The notes beneath the pieces are model-generated. The model worked only from the letters and a program-made list of their open reading frames with translations, searched no databases and was not told the DNA's origin. The translations under genes and the position numbers were made by a program. 64,000 nucleotides of DNA from assembly GCA_964422035.1 (NCBI GenBank), contig CAYQZQ010000001.1, forward strand, positions 313,013 through 377,012. The letters are read 5' to 3'. Every line of letters begins with the position of its first letter. Positions within the stretch are counted from its first letter, which is position 1. This document shows positions 29,385 to 39,710 of this stretch, piece by piece. The stretch comes from an uncultured Pseudomonadales bacterium (GTDB lineage Bacteria; Patescibacteriota; Microgenomatia; UBA1400; Chazhemtobacteraceae).

Positions 29385-30878
29385 TTAAGGTTGTTGATTA
29401 ACTAAATGTTGGTGAACATAAAGGTCGTTACTTTGAAGCGTATCTAGGACTGGACCAAAGTTGGCGGTTGTTTTTTCTAGCCATTGCTTTAATCGATTGG
29501 GCTTGTCTTCATCTGGCTCGTATATTGCATAAAAGTATACTGAAGAGTCAAGTTCATTGGGAGAGAACCCAGAAGTTTTTTCAGGGAGGTAACCATATTT
29601 AGGCTGAGCATAGTATAAAAACATGTAGTCCCAGACTTCTTCTTGGTAGTAAGGAATGGTGTAATACCAGAGGGAAAACTGCTGGCCGTCAGCCGTTTTA
29701 TAGACCCAATCAATAATATTTTTGCGATCTTGAATGGTAATTAGATTATTGGAACCGATGGGAATTAAGGCATTGGTGGGCTGATAAATTCTGGGAAGAT
29801 GATAGATATTTAAGGCCACAACTAAGCTTAAAATCAACCAAGCGATTTTATCTTTGAGTTGAAAAAGTCCGTAGATGATTACAGCTGTTGATAAAGGAAG
29901 TAATGATATATAAAAAAAGCTGATTGCTCCTCTTTGAAAAATCAGCAGTGACAAAAAGGGAATGAGTAGAAAGCTATATATCAAGCCTGAGTGCTTGTTT
30001 TTGTTGATTTTAAAAAGCCCCAGGACAAAAAATCCTGTAGAGATAACCCCTAAGGGAAAACTAAAGACATGTTGTAACTCTTTTAGATACACTCTTAAGT
30101 TGCCCCATAGGGTTGAAAGCGAAAAACCCAAACCCTGATCTGAGCTTTTTGAAAAACGAATAAAGGATTGAAACAGGACAAAGTTGTGTCGTAGCTCGAA
30201 AACTAGCAAGGGCAGGGCTGGCAGGAAAAAGCCAATTAAAATAATAGCCAGCTTTTTTAATGAAAATGGTTTTCTGTATAGCCAGATAATCAAAGGTAGG
30301 AGGAATGTGCCCACTGCCGCATTTAGCTGTGTAATGATACCAACCAGAAGAGAGATGGCAAAAAGTCGCCAAGTTTTTTGTTTGCTTGTTTTATCGTTGA
30401 CTATGAAAAATAAAAGAAGATGAGTAAGAGGGATTATGGGCGTTACGTTTACCAACCAACGAGAGTAACTTATCCAGCCGTATGAGACCGCGTATATAAG
30501 TAAGGTGGAAAGGGCAACTTTTCTATTGAATAGCTTTTTTATAGCTAGATAGAAAAAGGGTAATGACAACACCTCGATGGATACTTGAAATAGGCTGGCT
30601 GCCACCGGAGAGCCTTTAAAAAACGCATAGGCAGGAGCCATTAAGAAGTAGTAAACTGGGGAGTGAATAAGGCCGGTGACATCACTGGGATGTCCTAAAA
30701 GACTTATTTTGCGCTCGTGCCAGATTTGCCAGATCGACAAAGAGTGCAGGCCCTGATCTCTATGGAAAAGTAAATCTGTAGTTAACCGGTGAGACCTTAG
30801 AACGAAAGCTGCCAGTAACAAAATGACAAGAGTGATAACTTCCCAGTTGTGGATGAGAAATTTTTTAAGCTTCATCAA
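29385..30878 (-). CDS. GT-C (ArnT-like) membrane glycosyltransferase
   Basis: F..DQG, HSPVYY, YSRW; polytopic with a soluble C-terminal domain. Confidence 0.8.
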   Translation of the reverse strand: MMKLKKFLIHNWEVITLVILLLAAFVLRSHRLTTDLLFHRDQGLHSLSIWQIWHERKISLLGHPSDVTGLIHSPVYYFLMAPAYAFFKGSPVAASLFQVSIEVLSLPFFYLAIKKLFNRKVALSTLLIYAVSYGWISYSRWLVNVTPIIPLTHLLLFFIVNDKTSKQKTWRLFAISLLVGIITQLNAAVGTFLLPLIIWLYRKPFSLKKLAIILIGFFLPALPLLVFELRHNFVLFQSFIRFSKSSDQGLGFSLSTLWGNLRVYLKELQHVFSFPLGVISTGFFVLGLFKINKNKHSGLIYSFLLIPFLSLLIFQRGAISFFYISLLPLSTAVIIYGLFQLKDKIAWLILSLVVALNIYHLPRIYQPTNALIPIGSNNLITIQDRKNIIDWVYKTADGQQFSLWYYTIPYYQEEVWDYMFLYYAQPKYGYLPEKTSGFSPNELDSSVYFYAIYEPDEDKPNRLKQWLEKTTANFGPVLDTLQSNDLYVHQHLVNQQP

Positions 30879-31800
30879 GCTTGGATCGTTTTTTGAAATA
30901 GCTGCCTGGACCCAGGTTAAGAGTGAAGAAATCTTTGACGGCTAGTTTTTGAGCAGGAGTACCGGAAAACAATTTTTTGACAGCTTCTCTGCACAGAGCG
31001 AACTTAGTACGCAGTCTGGCAAACTTAAAACCAAATAGTAGACGATTTCTAGTAAGGAAATAATCGTTCAGGCTTGAACCGATGCCTGAACTTTGACTAA
31101 CTTTGTGAGAAAGTTTTATGGAAGGATCAAAAATGACCTGCCAACCTGTCTGTTTGACCCTTTGTGAGAAGTCAACATCCTCCAGATACATAAAGTAGCG
31201 CTTATTAAATAAGCCAATCTGATCAATTACTTCTTTTTTTATTAATAAGCAGGCGCCAGTGGCAAAGTCAGTTGGTTGAGGTTTTTTAAATTGCCCTTTG
31301 TCTACTTTGTTAACATGAGCATTTGAGCCTAGGATATTGTCCCAGTCAAAACTGCCTCCTGCTGACCAGATAACTTTACCTAGTTGATCTTTGGAGTAGC
31401 CAGATTCATATTCATAGCCTTTAGTGAAGTAAATTAGAGGGCTGACCAGACCAACTTTGGGATCATTAATTGCCGATTGAGTTAAATTAACAAAGAAATC
31501 GTCAGGAATAAGCAAGTCCGGATTGAGCAGTAAGTAATGGGTGGGTTTGAAAGCAGACAGTTTATCTACTGCATAGTTCATACCAGCTGCAAAACCCAGG
31601 TTTTCGCCTGTTTGATAAAAATAGATGTTGGGAAATTGGTCTTTGATTGTCTCTCCTAACTTAGTATCTTTGGAGTTATTATCTACAACCGCAATTTCAA
31701 TATTTAGATTGTCGGGAATAGTGGACTGTTTAATTGACTGAAGAAGTTCAATTGTGTGTTTCTGGGAGTTGTAGTTTAGGATGGCAATGGCTAGCTTCAT
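30865..31800 (-). CDS. GT2 glycosyltransferase (rhamnosyltransferase-like)
   Basis: LNYN, VDNNS, NLGFA.G.N, LNPD, GACLL, FMYLEDVD. Confidence 0.9.
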   Translation of the reverse strand: MKLAIAILNYNSQKHTIELLQSIKQSTIPDNLNIEIAVVDNNSKDTKLGETIKDQFPNIYFYQTGENLGFAAGMNYAVDKLSAFKPTHYLLLNPDLLIPDDFFVNLTQSAINDPKVGLVSPLIYFTKGYEYESGYSKDQLGKVIWSAGGSFDWDNILGSNAHVNKVDKGQFKKPQPTDFATGACLLIKKEVIDQIGLFNKRYFMYLEDVDFSQRVKQTGWQVIFDPSIKLSHKVSQSSGIGSSLNDYFLTRNRLLFGFKFARLRTKFALCREAVKKLFSGTPAQKLAVKDFFTLNLGPGSYFKKRSKLDEA

Positions 31801-32708
31801 TAGATGCCTAGTTTGCGTAAAATTCTTAACCAGAGCCTTTGTGATTTTTTGGTAGCTTGATGAATTTTCAAGGTAGTCAACCAGTACTTGAAGTCGCTGC
31901 CGACTTTTTGAAATTGTTTGAAGAGTTTGTCAGTAAAACTGGAACCAGAGTATGATTTGAATCCTTGCATCTGCCAGATTTTAAGATAAACAACAAACTC
32001 AGAAAATGCTTGCAGACTTGATAGAGCTAAGCCATGCAGGCCGTCTAGATAACCCTGACCGGCAAAAAAACGAGATAGAAACTCTGAGGATGTTTTGGTA
32101 ACCAGATCCGTCCACTCAAATTGATAGTTTTCTTCGATTAGTTGATCTGCCTGGACAGTGGTATATCGATCAAGTCTTTTTAAGTACTGGGATATAGAGG
32201 TGTAGTGATGATGAACTATGGCCAGATCTTCTTTGTCTTTAAGATCAATCCCTGAGCCCTGAGTGAAGGGTATTGAGTGAATCTCATCTCCCCACTGGAC
32301 TTGACCTCTTTTGAAGAAGCGAATGTTGTAGTCAGGCCACCAACGGGAGTGCTTTATCCATGAGTCGAAGATTAAGTTTTTTCTGGGTATGCGAACAAAA
32401 TCATGTTTTTTTTCTTGAGCAATTTTTATAAGTTTGGCGGCAAGGCTTTGAGGGACTCTTTCATCGGCATCAAGAATCATTATCCAGTCCCCTGTTGTTT
32501 TGTCAATAGCAAAGTTGCGGGCGGGCTCAACATAACCCATGCGCTTATGAGTGTAAATTTTGTCGGTATATCTTTTGGCTATCTCTTGAGTGTGATCGTC
32601 TGAGTGCATATCTACAACCACGATTTCATCTGCCCAGGAAAGAGACTCCAGGCAGTCTGCAATGTTTTCTTCTTCGTTTAGTGTATTAACTACAGCGGAT
32701 AGTTTCAT
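31800..32708 (-). CDS. GT2 glycosyltransferase (WaaE/KdtX-like)
   Basis: NEE.NI..CL.S, ARNFA, LDADE, WPDY..R.F, GY.DG.HG. Confidence 0.9.
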   Translation of the reverse strand: MKLSAVVNTLNEEENIADCLESLSWADEIVVVDMHSDDHTQEIAKRYTDKIYTHKRMGYVEPARNFAIDKTTGDWIMILDADERVPQSLAAKLIKIAQEKKHDFVRIPRKNLIFDSWIKHSRWWPDYNIRFFKRGQVQWGDEIHSIPFTQGSGIDLKDKEDLAIVHHHYTSISQYLKRLDRYTTVQADQLIEENYQFEWTDLVTKTSSEFLSRFFAGQGYLDGLHGLALSSLQAFSEFVVYLKIWQMQGFKSYSGSSFTDKLFKQFQKVGSDFKYWLTTLKIHQATKKSQRLWLRILRKLGI

Positions 32709-35700
32709 CTATTGACAGTGTAAATTGGGTAATAGGCAGAGTCAAAAATAAGATCTAGGTTAAGCTTATCAGTTTCTGATTTAGGTTTCTTAAGAGGCAG
32801 GGCTGTAACGTATTTGATGTTATTTTCCTTGATAAATTTGTTGGCGAAACTGGCATCAGATGATTGATAGAATCTTTGAGCGTTTTTAAGCTCATCTTTA
32901 AACTGATAAGACATGATTTCCAAGTTAAGCTGATCGGCCATAAAGACGGATTGTCCGGTTAAGGCGGGAACAAAAGCTGTAGAGGAGTAAGCATAGATTG
33001 GCTTGGGGGTGGAGTAAGAGTTGGTATTTACTAGTTGAAATGGTGGCGTGAGAGTTATGCCAGCGGGCTGTTGACTAAGGAAATGCAAAGAGCGTAGTTG
33101 TTCTGAGCTGATACGGGAAGAGGGAGTGTGAGATAGATAGTCTTTTAATACTCCAACTGTGGTGGGAAAAGTTAAAAGAGAGAATAATGAAAGTAAAACT
33201 AAGAATTTGGGAAGAGTATGTGATCTACCCAGAATGTCGACAATAACAGGGCCAGTGAATAAAGCCAAGAAAAACAGCGGGTAATAGATGAATTGAATGG
33301 CGTTCCAGGAATTGCCTGGCTGGATAAGTACTAGTGGGAATAACAAGCCAGTAATAACGATAAAATAGATCAGTTGCCAGGCAAAGCCGTTAAGACTGCT
33401 TTTCAACCAATACTTTAGACCCAAAACGCGAATACCAAGATTGCCCAGATAGAAAATAACAGTGCCAAAAGCATAAATAAATAGGGCTTTTACAAAAGAA
33501 CCACCAAGGGTTAAGTCTTGCCATTTTTGAGCGATTATTTCCCAGTTTAAACGATCAGGGGCTGCAAACATGGTACGGACAAACCAGAGAGGTTTGAATT
33601 TAAAAGGCAGCTGACCTGATGACTGGTAGAAAGGCAGCAGCAAAAGCAGTGAAAACAACAAACTTGCAAGTAGAAGTTTAATTAGCTGATCAGCATTTTT
33701 AGATTTAATCAACTTGGTGAACACAACAATGGCTATAGCCGACAGTAGCAATAACCAACCATACACTTTTATTAAAGAAAGTGAAGCAGTTAAGACAGAT
33801 ATTATTAAAATTTTTGACAGATTAAGATCCTCTTGCCATTTTTGCAGTAAGTTCAAGACTATCAACAAAACAAGCAAAGACATGGCAAAGGGTGGATTAA
33901 CTAAGGTTTCGATTGCTTGGTGAGACCAGAAGACCGATTGACCGGCAAAGAGTGAACCAGATTGAAAAAGGGAGGGAATAAAACCTAGTGAGCCAGCAGT
34001 GAAGATAAGTATCAGAGAGACAATTCTTTGAGATTTTTTAAATTTAAGTTTTTCCATCAGTTGGTTAGAGAAAAAACCAATGGCAAAAGTAAGAAGAGGA
34101 GGTATTATCCTAAAGTAAAGATCTAAACTGGAAATGTTAAATAACTTGGATATTAAGGCTAGTAGATAATCATAGATAAGATGGTAGTTGTAAATTAAGG
34201 TGTTGTGAAAATTTGGATTTTTTAGCGGCCAGAAAGAGTTTTTGAATGACTCAATTAAGGAAAGGTGAAAAAGACTGTCATGACTGTGAGCACGGTAAAA
34301 GCTTAACCCGTAATCAGTTAACAGGCCTGAGCGGACAGTAGTAAGAGACCATAGGAAAGTACCAAGAGTGATAGTGGCTGCAATTAGCTTATTATCTTTG
34401 AGCCAGTTGATTATTTTTTTTGGCGGCAACTTGGTTATAAAAAGCACTATCAAAAGAGCGGTAATTATCTTTAAGATATCTGCGAATAATTTTTTGCTTT
34501 GAAGATTGTATGGTGCCCAGTTGGAATCAAATTTGTAAATATAGGAATGGTTGGACTTGATTTCTTGGTAGGATTGGCTCTCTGGTAGTTCTATGGAGAA
34601 ACTGCTGGTGATGTTGTGAGGGTTAAAGCGCAGATCTTGATCGAAGGAGATGATTAAGTCCCAGTACTCGGAATCAAAATGGGTGTCCTCTAAATCAAGG
34701 GGGGTGAAAACAGGACTACCCTTTGAGACTAAAGGATAAGTTGAAAGTTCTAAGGTTGAAGTTAGATTTGCCTGATGAGCAAAGGTTTCTGATTCAATGT
34801 TGTTGAAAATTGAAAGATAGTTAATCTGAGCGTGACCGTTGGACTGCTCAAGACTTATCTGATAAAAAGGATTGGCGTAATGAAGATAAAGATCATCACT
34901 GGAAAGTGAGCGATAATAACTTGAGGGACCAGTGAAAGGATAAATTGATATATACCAGTCACTGGCTCCTTCTACAGTGCTGACTCTTAAGGTAAATTCT
35001 TGCTGATTTTTAGAGAACTGTTTTTGTAGAAACTTAAACACCGGTATGTAACTGGAAGGCGAGACGCTGTTGTCTACCCCAAAGCCTAGTTGAGTGAATT
35101 CGTTAAGGTCTTTTTGGGAGTAGTCTGCAAGAAGGGAATAAAAAATACTTGAGTCGTCTAACCAGCTAAGTTGATCTTGAAGTCTAAATTGAGGTTGTCC
35201 TGAAAGAGCAGGAGGATTCCAGTGGCTAACTACTAAAGGAATCTTTTCTTGCCTGCTCTGGGCGGGCACTAGAGCATTGTTTTTGCTGGGATAGTAAGGG
35301 AAGTAAGGAAAGAAGCCGTCAGTTTTGGGAAGATGACCGTCTTTATTGGGAACGGAGAAGAGAGCACTGTTAACTGAGTATTGATTGGCAAGATATGAAA
35401 GGCTGGTGCTGTCAATGTAAGAGGAAGCAACGGTTTTAGGAAAGTGCCCGAAGGCCTTGAAGTACTGATCAAATAGGTGATCAATCAGACGATATCTGTT
35501 TTGAGGAGAGTAGCTATTTAGTAAATATCCAAGTTGTGACTTAGGTGGTGGAACTTTAGCTTGATTGCGCCAAGCAGGATTTACTTCCAGTAAAAGCCCT
35601 ACTTGATCAGTGCCTGCCGAATCTAGTTGCTGGAAAAATTCAAGTTCTTCTTGGTTGTCTAATACTTTTTGGTCAATCAACCAGGTAACTGGGGTGGCAG

Positions 35701-35902
35701 AGTGGGTAGCTTGTTTATGCAAAGCTTGGGGAAAATCCAGGGTGGTTTGTGGTGCATCAAGAGAGGGAGTAAGATGACGAACCGGAACGGTATAGTTAAC
35801 AAAAGAGCCCGCATTTAGAGCATGAGCCTTAGAAGAAAATGCAAAAAGAGATAGGGTGAAAGTGGATAAACCAATTGTGGCTTTAAATAGCTGGCTTTTC
35901 AT
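32705..35902 (-). CDS. Large membrane protein: secreted N-terminal barrel-like domain fused to a GT-C-like polytopic domain
   Basis: Signal peptide (AHA), about 450-aa soluble domain, then HD.LFHLSLI...P...YHL.YD and many TM helices. Confidence 0.6.
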   Translation of the reverse strand: MKSQLFKATIGLSTFTLSLFAFSSKAHALNAGSFVNYTVPVRHLTPSLDAPQTTLDFPQALHKQATHSATPVTWLIDQKVLDNQEELEFFQQLDSAGTDQVGLLLEVNPAWRNQAKVPPPKSQLGYLLNSYSPQNRYRLIDHLFDQYFKAFGHFPKTVASSYIDSTSLSYLANQYSVNSALFSVPNKDGHLPKTDGFFPYFPYYPSKNNALVPAQSRQEKIPLVVSHWNPPALSGQPQFRLQDQLSWLDDSSIFYSLLADYSQKDLNEFTQLGFGVDNSVSPSSYIPVFKFLQKQFSKNQQEFTLRVSTVEGASDWYISIYPFTGPSSYYRSLSSDDLYLHYANPFYQISLEQSNGHAQINYLSIFNNIESETFAHQANLTSTLELSTYPLVSKGSPVFTPLDLEDTHFDSEYWDLIISFDQDLRFNPHNITSSFSIELPESQSYQEIKSNHSYIYKFDSNWAPYNLQSKKLFADILKIITALLIVLFITKLPPKKIINWLKDNKLIAATITLGTFLWSLTTVRSGLLTDYGLSFYRAHSHDSLFHLSLIESFKNSFWPLKNPNFHNTLIYNYHLIYDYLLALISKLFNISSLDLYFRIIPPLLTFAIGFFSNQLMEKLKFKKSQRIVSLILIFTAGSLGFIPSLFQSGSLFAGQSVFWSHQAIETLVNPPFAMSLLVLLIVLNLLQKWQEDLNLSKILIISVLTASLSLIKVYGWLLLLSAIAIVVFTKLIKSKNADQLIKLLLASLLFSLLLLLPFYQSSGQLPFKFKPLWFVRTMFAAPDRLNWEIIAQKWQDLTLGGSFVKALFIYAFGTVIFYLGNLGIRVLGLKYWLKSSLNGFAWQLIYFIVITGLLFPLVLIQPGNSWNAIQFIYYPLFFLALFTGPVIVDILGRSHTLPKFLVLLSLFSLLTFPTTVGVLKDYLSHTPSSRISSEQLRSLHFLSQQPAGITLTPPFQLVNTNSYSTPKPIYAYSSTAFVPALTGQSVFMADQLNLEIMSYQFKDELKNAQRFYQSSDASFANKFIKENNIKYVTALPLKKPKSETDKLNLDLIFDSAYYPIYTVNR

Positions 35903-37388
35903 CTGATTTTAAAGTTAATAACAAGGCTTTGATCTCTTTGAAGAGCTTTTTGCCTTCGATTAAATATATGATAGCTAAATATGTGAAACCACCCAAAGCA
36001 ATAAAGACCGGCAGCCTCCAGAAAGATGTGAGATGGGAACGGAGAGCAAAAAGAACAACTCCCATACCTGCACTGGCTGTTATGGCAGGATAAAGAGCCT
36101 TAAAGTAGTTAACCTTGACTAGACGATGGACAACAAAAAGAACAACGATAGATGATAGAGCGATAATGGCAGCAGCCAAAGCAACACCGTTATACCCATA
36201 TCTGGTGCCCAAAAATGGCATCAAGGCCCAGGTGAGAAGCACCCACATAACCATTAGCTTGAAGGTGATTTTAATTTTACCGATGGCATTTAAGGCATTT
36301 GTTAGAGGGGTAGAAATAGAAGCCCAGGCAGCGTTAAACAAATACAGATAGAGGGGAATCATGGCTGGCAGCCATTTTTCGTAGCGAGGAATTAGGTGAG
36401 CAAAAGGCACGGCCAAAATACCCATACCTACAAAAAGTGGGAAGGTCACAAAGCTTAGATAAAAGAGGGTCTTCTCTATTCCCTTTTTAAGTGTTTGTTT
36501 ATCATCCTGAACACGAGAGTAAGCAGGGAAGGCTACTTTAGTTACATTGTCCATAAAGAACCTTAAAGGCATAAAAGCCCATTTACTGGCCCAGCCGATA
36601 AAACCAAGACCCTGCTGGCCGATGATTTTTCCTAGAAAGATTGTCATGCCGTCGTCTTTTAAGACAGCTAGAAAGGTGTTGGCTTGATAAGGAAGGCCAA
36701 ACTGAAGGAGTTTTTTAAATGATTTTTTGGAAAAGGATAGACCGGGTTTCCAGGGTGAGACTATATACATGGCGATTAAACCAACAACACCACGGGCCAA
36801 GACAGCTACAGTGAAAGAGTTAACACCCCATCCTTGCCAAGCTAGATAAACAGCAGTTAAGTTGAAGGTAAGATTTTCAATAACTTGAGGAATAACTAAT
36901 TTATCAAAATGAAGTTTTCGCTCCAAAAGAATTGAAGGAATAGTTTTGAGCGAGGAAAGAATAAGAGAGATAGCCAGAGACCAGAGAAGATAAACACCAG
37001 CTGAGGTAAGTTCGTAGTAAGACTTAATAACTGGAGTGGCGGCAAACAGAGCTATAACTAGTAAAAGAACAAGAGCCTGCTGAATGGTGAATGTAGTGGT
37101 TAAGTCTCTTCTGCTTACTTTTTTTCGTTTTTGTATTAAGGCAGCCGCTAAACCAATGTCGGAAAAATATGTAAGAAAATTAACGACAGCAGAAACAAGA
37201 AAGAAGGTGCCGTAAACTTCGGGAGAGAGAAAAACAGTTAGTGCGAAAGTGGCGGCAAAAGAGATAACTTGAATGAGAAATGTTCTTGAAGTGAGAGCTA
37301 GAACACCGCCAACTGAGCGTTTTTTTATCTGGGCTAGGTCAATTTCTGGTGTACCTGGGTCAAGCTCAACTGGTTGTGATTCTGCCAT
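35883..37388 (-). CDS. Wzx/MOP-family oligosaccharide flippase
   Basis: L.PE.YG, D.GL.AALIQ, L.R.L.F, V.FP.YS; about 12-14 TM helices. Confidence 0.88.
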   Translation of the reverse strand: MAESQPVELDPGTPEIDLAQIKKRSVGGVLALTSRTFLIQVISFAATFALTVFLSPEVYGTFFLVSAVVNFLTYFSDIGLAAALIQKRKKVSRRDLTTTFTIQQALVLLLVIALFAATPVIKSYYELTSAGVYLLWSLAISLILSSLKTIPSILLERKLHFDKLVIPQVIENLTFNLTAVYLAWQGWGVNSFTVAVLARGVVGLIAMYIVSPWKPGLSFSKKSFKKLLQFGLPYQANTFLAVLKDDGMTIFLGKIIGQQGLGFIGWASKWAFMPLRFFMDNVTKVAFPAYSRVQDDKQTLKKGIEKTLFYLSFVTFPLFVGMGILAVPFAHLIPRYEKWLPAMIPLYLYLFNAAWASISTPLTNALNAIGKIKITFKLMVMWVLLTWALMPFLGTRYGYNGVALAAAIIALSSIVVLFVVHRLVKVNYFKALYPAITASAGMGVVLFALRSHLTSFWRLPVFIALGGFTYLAIIYLIEGKKLFKEIKALLLTLKSDEKPAI

Positions 37389-37412
37389 AGAAATATTGTA
37401 TCAGGGAAATGA

Positions 37413-38447
37413 TTATTTTGAGTTTGGTTGGTTGTTTTTAAGCCAATCAAGAAAGATCTGCTTTGCCTTTTGGGCTTTTAGAGCCTGATTAGTGTCAGGT
37501 TGATAAGCACCACCGGCAGCTAGATTGTGACCTCCACCGATGCCGATTCTTTCCATTATTTTGCGAACGTTTGTTCCGTCAGGCAGAGAGCGAAGAGAGA
37601 TCTTAACACTTTTATCAGGCTTGGGAGTAAAAACCGCCCCCCAAGGGTAGCCAGTTAAGTGGCGCAGATAATGACTCATGTAGATATGACTAGCTTCAGA
37701 TACTTGTGCTGGGAGGCACTTTTTTATATCTTGTCTGGTTAGAAAACTTGTCTGCACAGGAGGCCAGTTCTCTATTTGATGATGATCGGTGTTATTTATT
37801 AACTTCTTTATCAATTTAAAGATTTGCGGATCGATGCTACGGTAACGAGACTGTAGTGATTGGATGTCGGTATCCGCTAAGGTGAGCAGTCTTTGAGCAA
37901 TTGAAAAAACATGTGATTGGTCAGGCGGCAGATAAGCAAAATTGCCTGTATCACCCAGGATACCTACTAAAAGAACTTGAGCTACTTGAGGATTGATATC
38001 TTCGTTTTTATAGAAAAGATTGTAGATTAACTCAGTGGCTGAAGTGGCATCATCTTTGACAAGTGATAGGTCAAAGTCATCAGGCTTGTTGGGATGATGA
38101 TCTATACAGACAGTCTTGCCCTGAAAGTTTTTAATGACTTTGGGACTGTTGGTAAACCGGCTGTACTGACTACCATCAAGCATGATAAGAAGATCTTTGT
38201 CTGATAGGTGATCTTTTATGTCGGAGACGAACTGAATATCAGAGTAGTTGGTAAATGACTGATATTGATCTAGAGATGTGGAAGCAAGAAGGGGGGTGAT
38301 GTTTTTGCCGGGATATTTGTTACTTAGATAATGATAAAGACTTAGTACTGAAGCGATGGCGTCTTCATCTGGTGACAAGTGGCTGGTTATGATGATGTCT
38401 TGTGATTTTTCTACTAAGACAAGGATTTTTTTGGCAAATTCATTCAT
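37413..38447 (-). CDS. DHH/DHHA1 phosphoesterase (NrnA-like)
   Basis: H.SPD.DA, IDHH, GI.GDTG.F, SLRS, GGGH..AAG. Confidence 0.92.
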   Translation of the reverse strand: MNEFAKKILVLVEKSQDIIITSHLSPDEDAIASVLSLYHYLSNKYPGKNITPLLASTSLDQYQSFTNYSDIQFVSDIKDHLSDKDLLIMLDGSQYSRFTNSPKVIKNFQGKTVCIDHHPNKPDDFDLSLVKDDATSATELIYNLFYKNEDINPQVAQVLLVGILGDTGNFAYLPPDQSHVFSIAQRLLTLADTDIQSLQSRYRSIDPQIFKLIKKLINNTDHHQIENWPPVQTSFLTRQDIKKCLPAQVSEASHIYMSHYLRHLTGYPWGAVFTPKPDKSVKISLRSLPDGTNVRKIMERIGIGGGHNLAAGGAYQPDTNQALKAQKAKQIFLDWLKNNQPNSK

Positions 38448-38521
38448 TAGGGTATTTTATCAGGCTGACAAGCAGCATGAAAGCGAGACAAACCTATTTT
38501 TATGAAGAAATTGATCTATGG

Positions 38522-39709
38522 CTATTTTAACTGCTTTTTCATCTTCAGATCTTTTTTGTTTAGGACTTCTCTGCTTAAAATTCCCATCAGGGTTGGTGAT
38601 ATCAGAGTGGTTACTACACTTAAGATAATTAAGGCTGTTAAGATTTCATCTGTTAGCAGACCTATTGCCTGGGCTGAAAAAGCGGCAGCTAAAGTAGTGG
38701 ACAACTGAGGAATTGATGAGACACCAAACAAAGCTGATTGTTTCCAGTTAAAGCCAACCAACTTGGCTCCAAAGGTACCAGAAAGAAGTTTGGAGAGCAA
38801 CGAGCCTAGCAGAATAACGATGGTTAAAAGTATTGCCCCGGATACTCGAGTGAATACCAAGATATCAGTCTGGGTGCCAACGTAGACAAAAAAGGTAGGT
38901 ATAAAGATGCCGTAACCTATGGCTCGCAGTTTAATTTTTAAGATGTCTGACTCAATAGATTCAGACAGCACCAGACCGGTGAAGAAACCGGCAATGATGG
39001 CGTGCAGGCCTAGTAGTTCAAACAGGGCGGTGGTGGCAATTAGGATAAGAAAGATGGCTCGAAACTCTTGTTGAAACAAGTCTTCTTCTGCTTTGATGTT
39101 CTTGCAGAAAAGTTCTTGCACTTGAGGAATAAGCCAGCGCAAAACTATCAAGGAGACGAGTACTAATGGATAGAAAAGATACAAAGGTAAAAAAGTGGTG
39201 GGTTGATAACTTTGCAGTATCAATGAGAGAAGAATTAAACTAGCTACGTCCTGGATTATGCTGGTTGACATAACAGCTTGCCCTAACTTGCTTTGCATTA
39301 AGCCAGTGGACTCTAAGCTGGGAATAACAACTGCCACGGAAGAAGAAACAAAGATAGTGGCTAAAAGTAAAGCGGTGAAAATTGGATAACCGAAAAAGAT
39401 AGCAATGCCAAATCCGGCCAACATGGGCACAAAACCGTTGATGAAAGAAAGAGGATATATACTGCTTTTTAGCTTGGAGAAGCTGGATAGCTTAGTCTCC
39501 AGACCAGCCATGAACATTAGAAAAACCAAACCAATGTCGGCTAGAAAATTGATAGTGGTATTGGCTTGATAGACATTTAAGACTTGTGGCCCTATTATGA
39601 TGCCACCGACAATTAAAGCTATTACCCAGGGAAGGTGAAAACGACGGAAAATAGCGGCAGAAAAAACACTAGCAACCAAGACTAATAAAAAGGGCAGTAA
39701 AACGTGCAT
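38522..39709 (-). CDS. Cation:proton antiporter (CPA2/Kef family)
   Basis: GIIIGP, IG..FLMF.AGLE, SSVAV, IIQD, FF..VG. Confidence 0.9.
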   Translation of the reverse strand: MHVLLPFLLVLVASVFSAAIFRRFHLPWVIALIVGGIIIGPQVLNVYQANTTINFLADIGLVFLMFMAGLETKLSSFSKLKSSIYPLSFINGFVPMLAGFGIAIFFGYPIFTALLLATIFVSSSVAVVIPSLESTGLMQSKLGQAVMSTSIIQDVASLILLSLILQSYQPTTFLPLYLFYPLVLVSLIVLRWLIPQVQELFCKNIKAEEDLFQQEFRAIFLILIATTALFELLGLHAIIAGFFTGLVLSESIESDILKIKLRAIGYGIFIPTFFVYVGTQTDILVFTRVSGAILLTIVILLGSLLSKLLSGTFGAKLVGFNWKQSALFGVSSIPQLSTTLAAAFSAQAIGLLTDEILTALIILSVVTTLISPTLMGILSREVLNKKDLKMKKQLK

Positions 39710-39710
39710 G

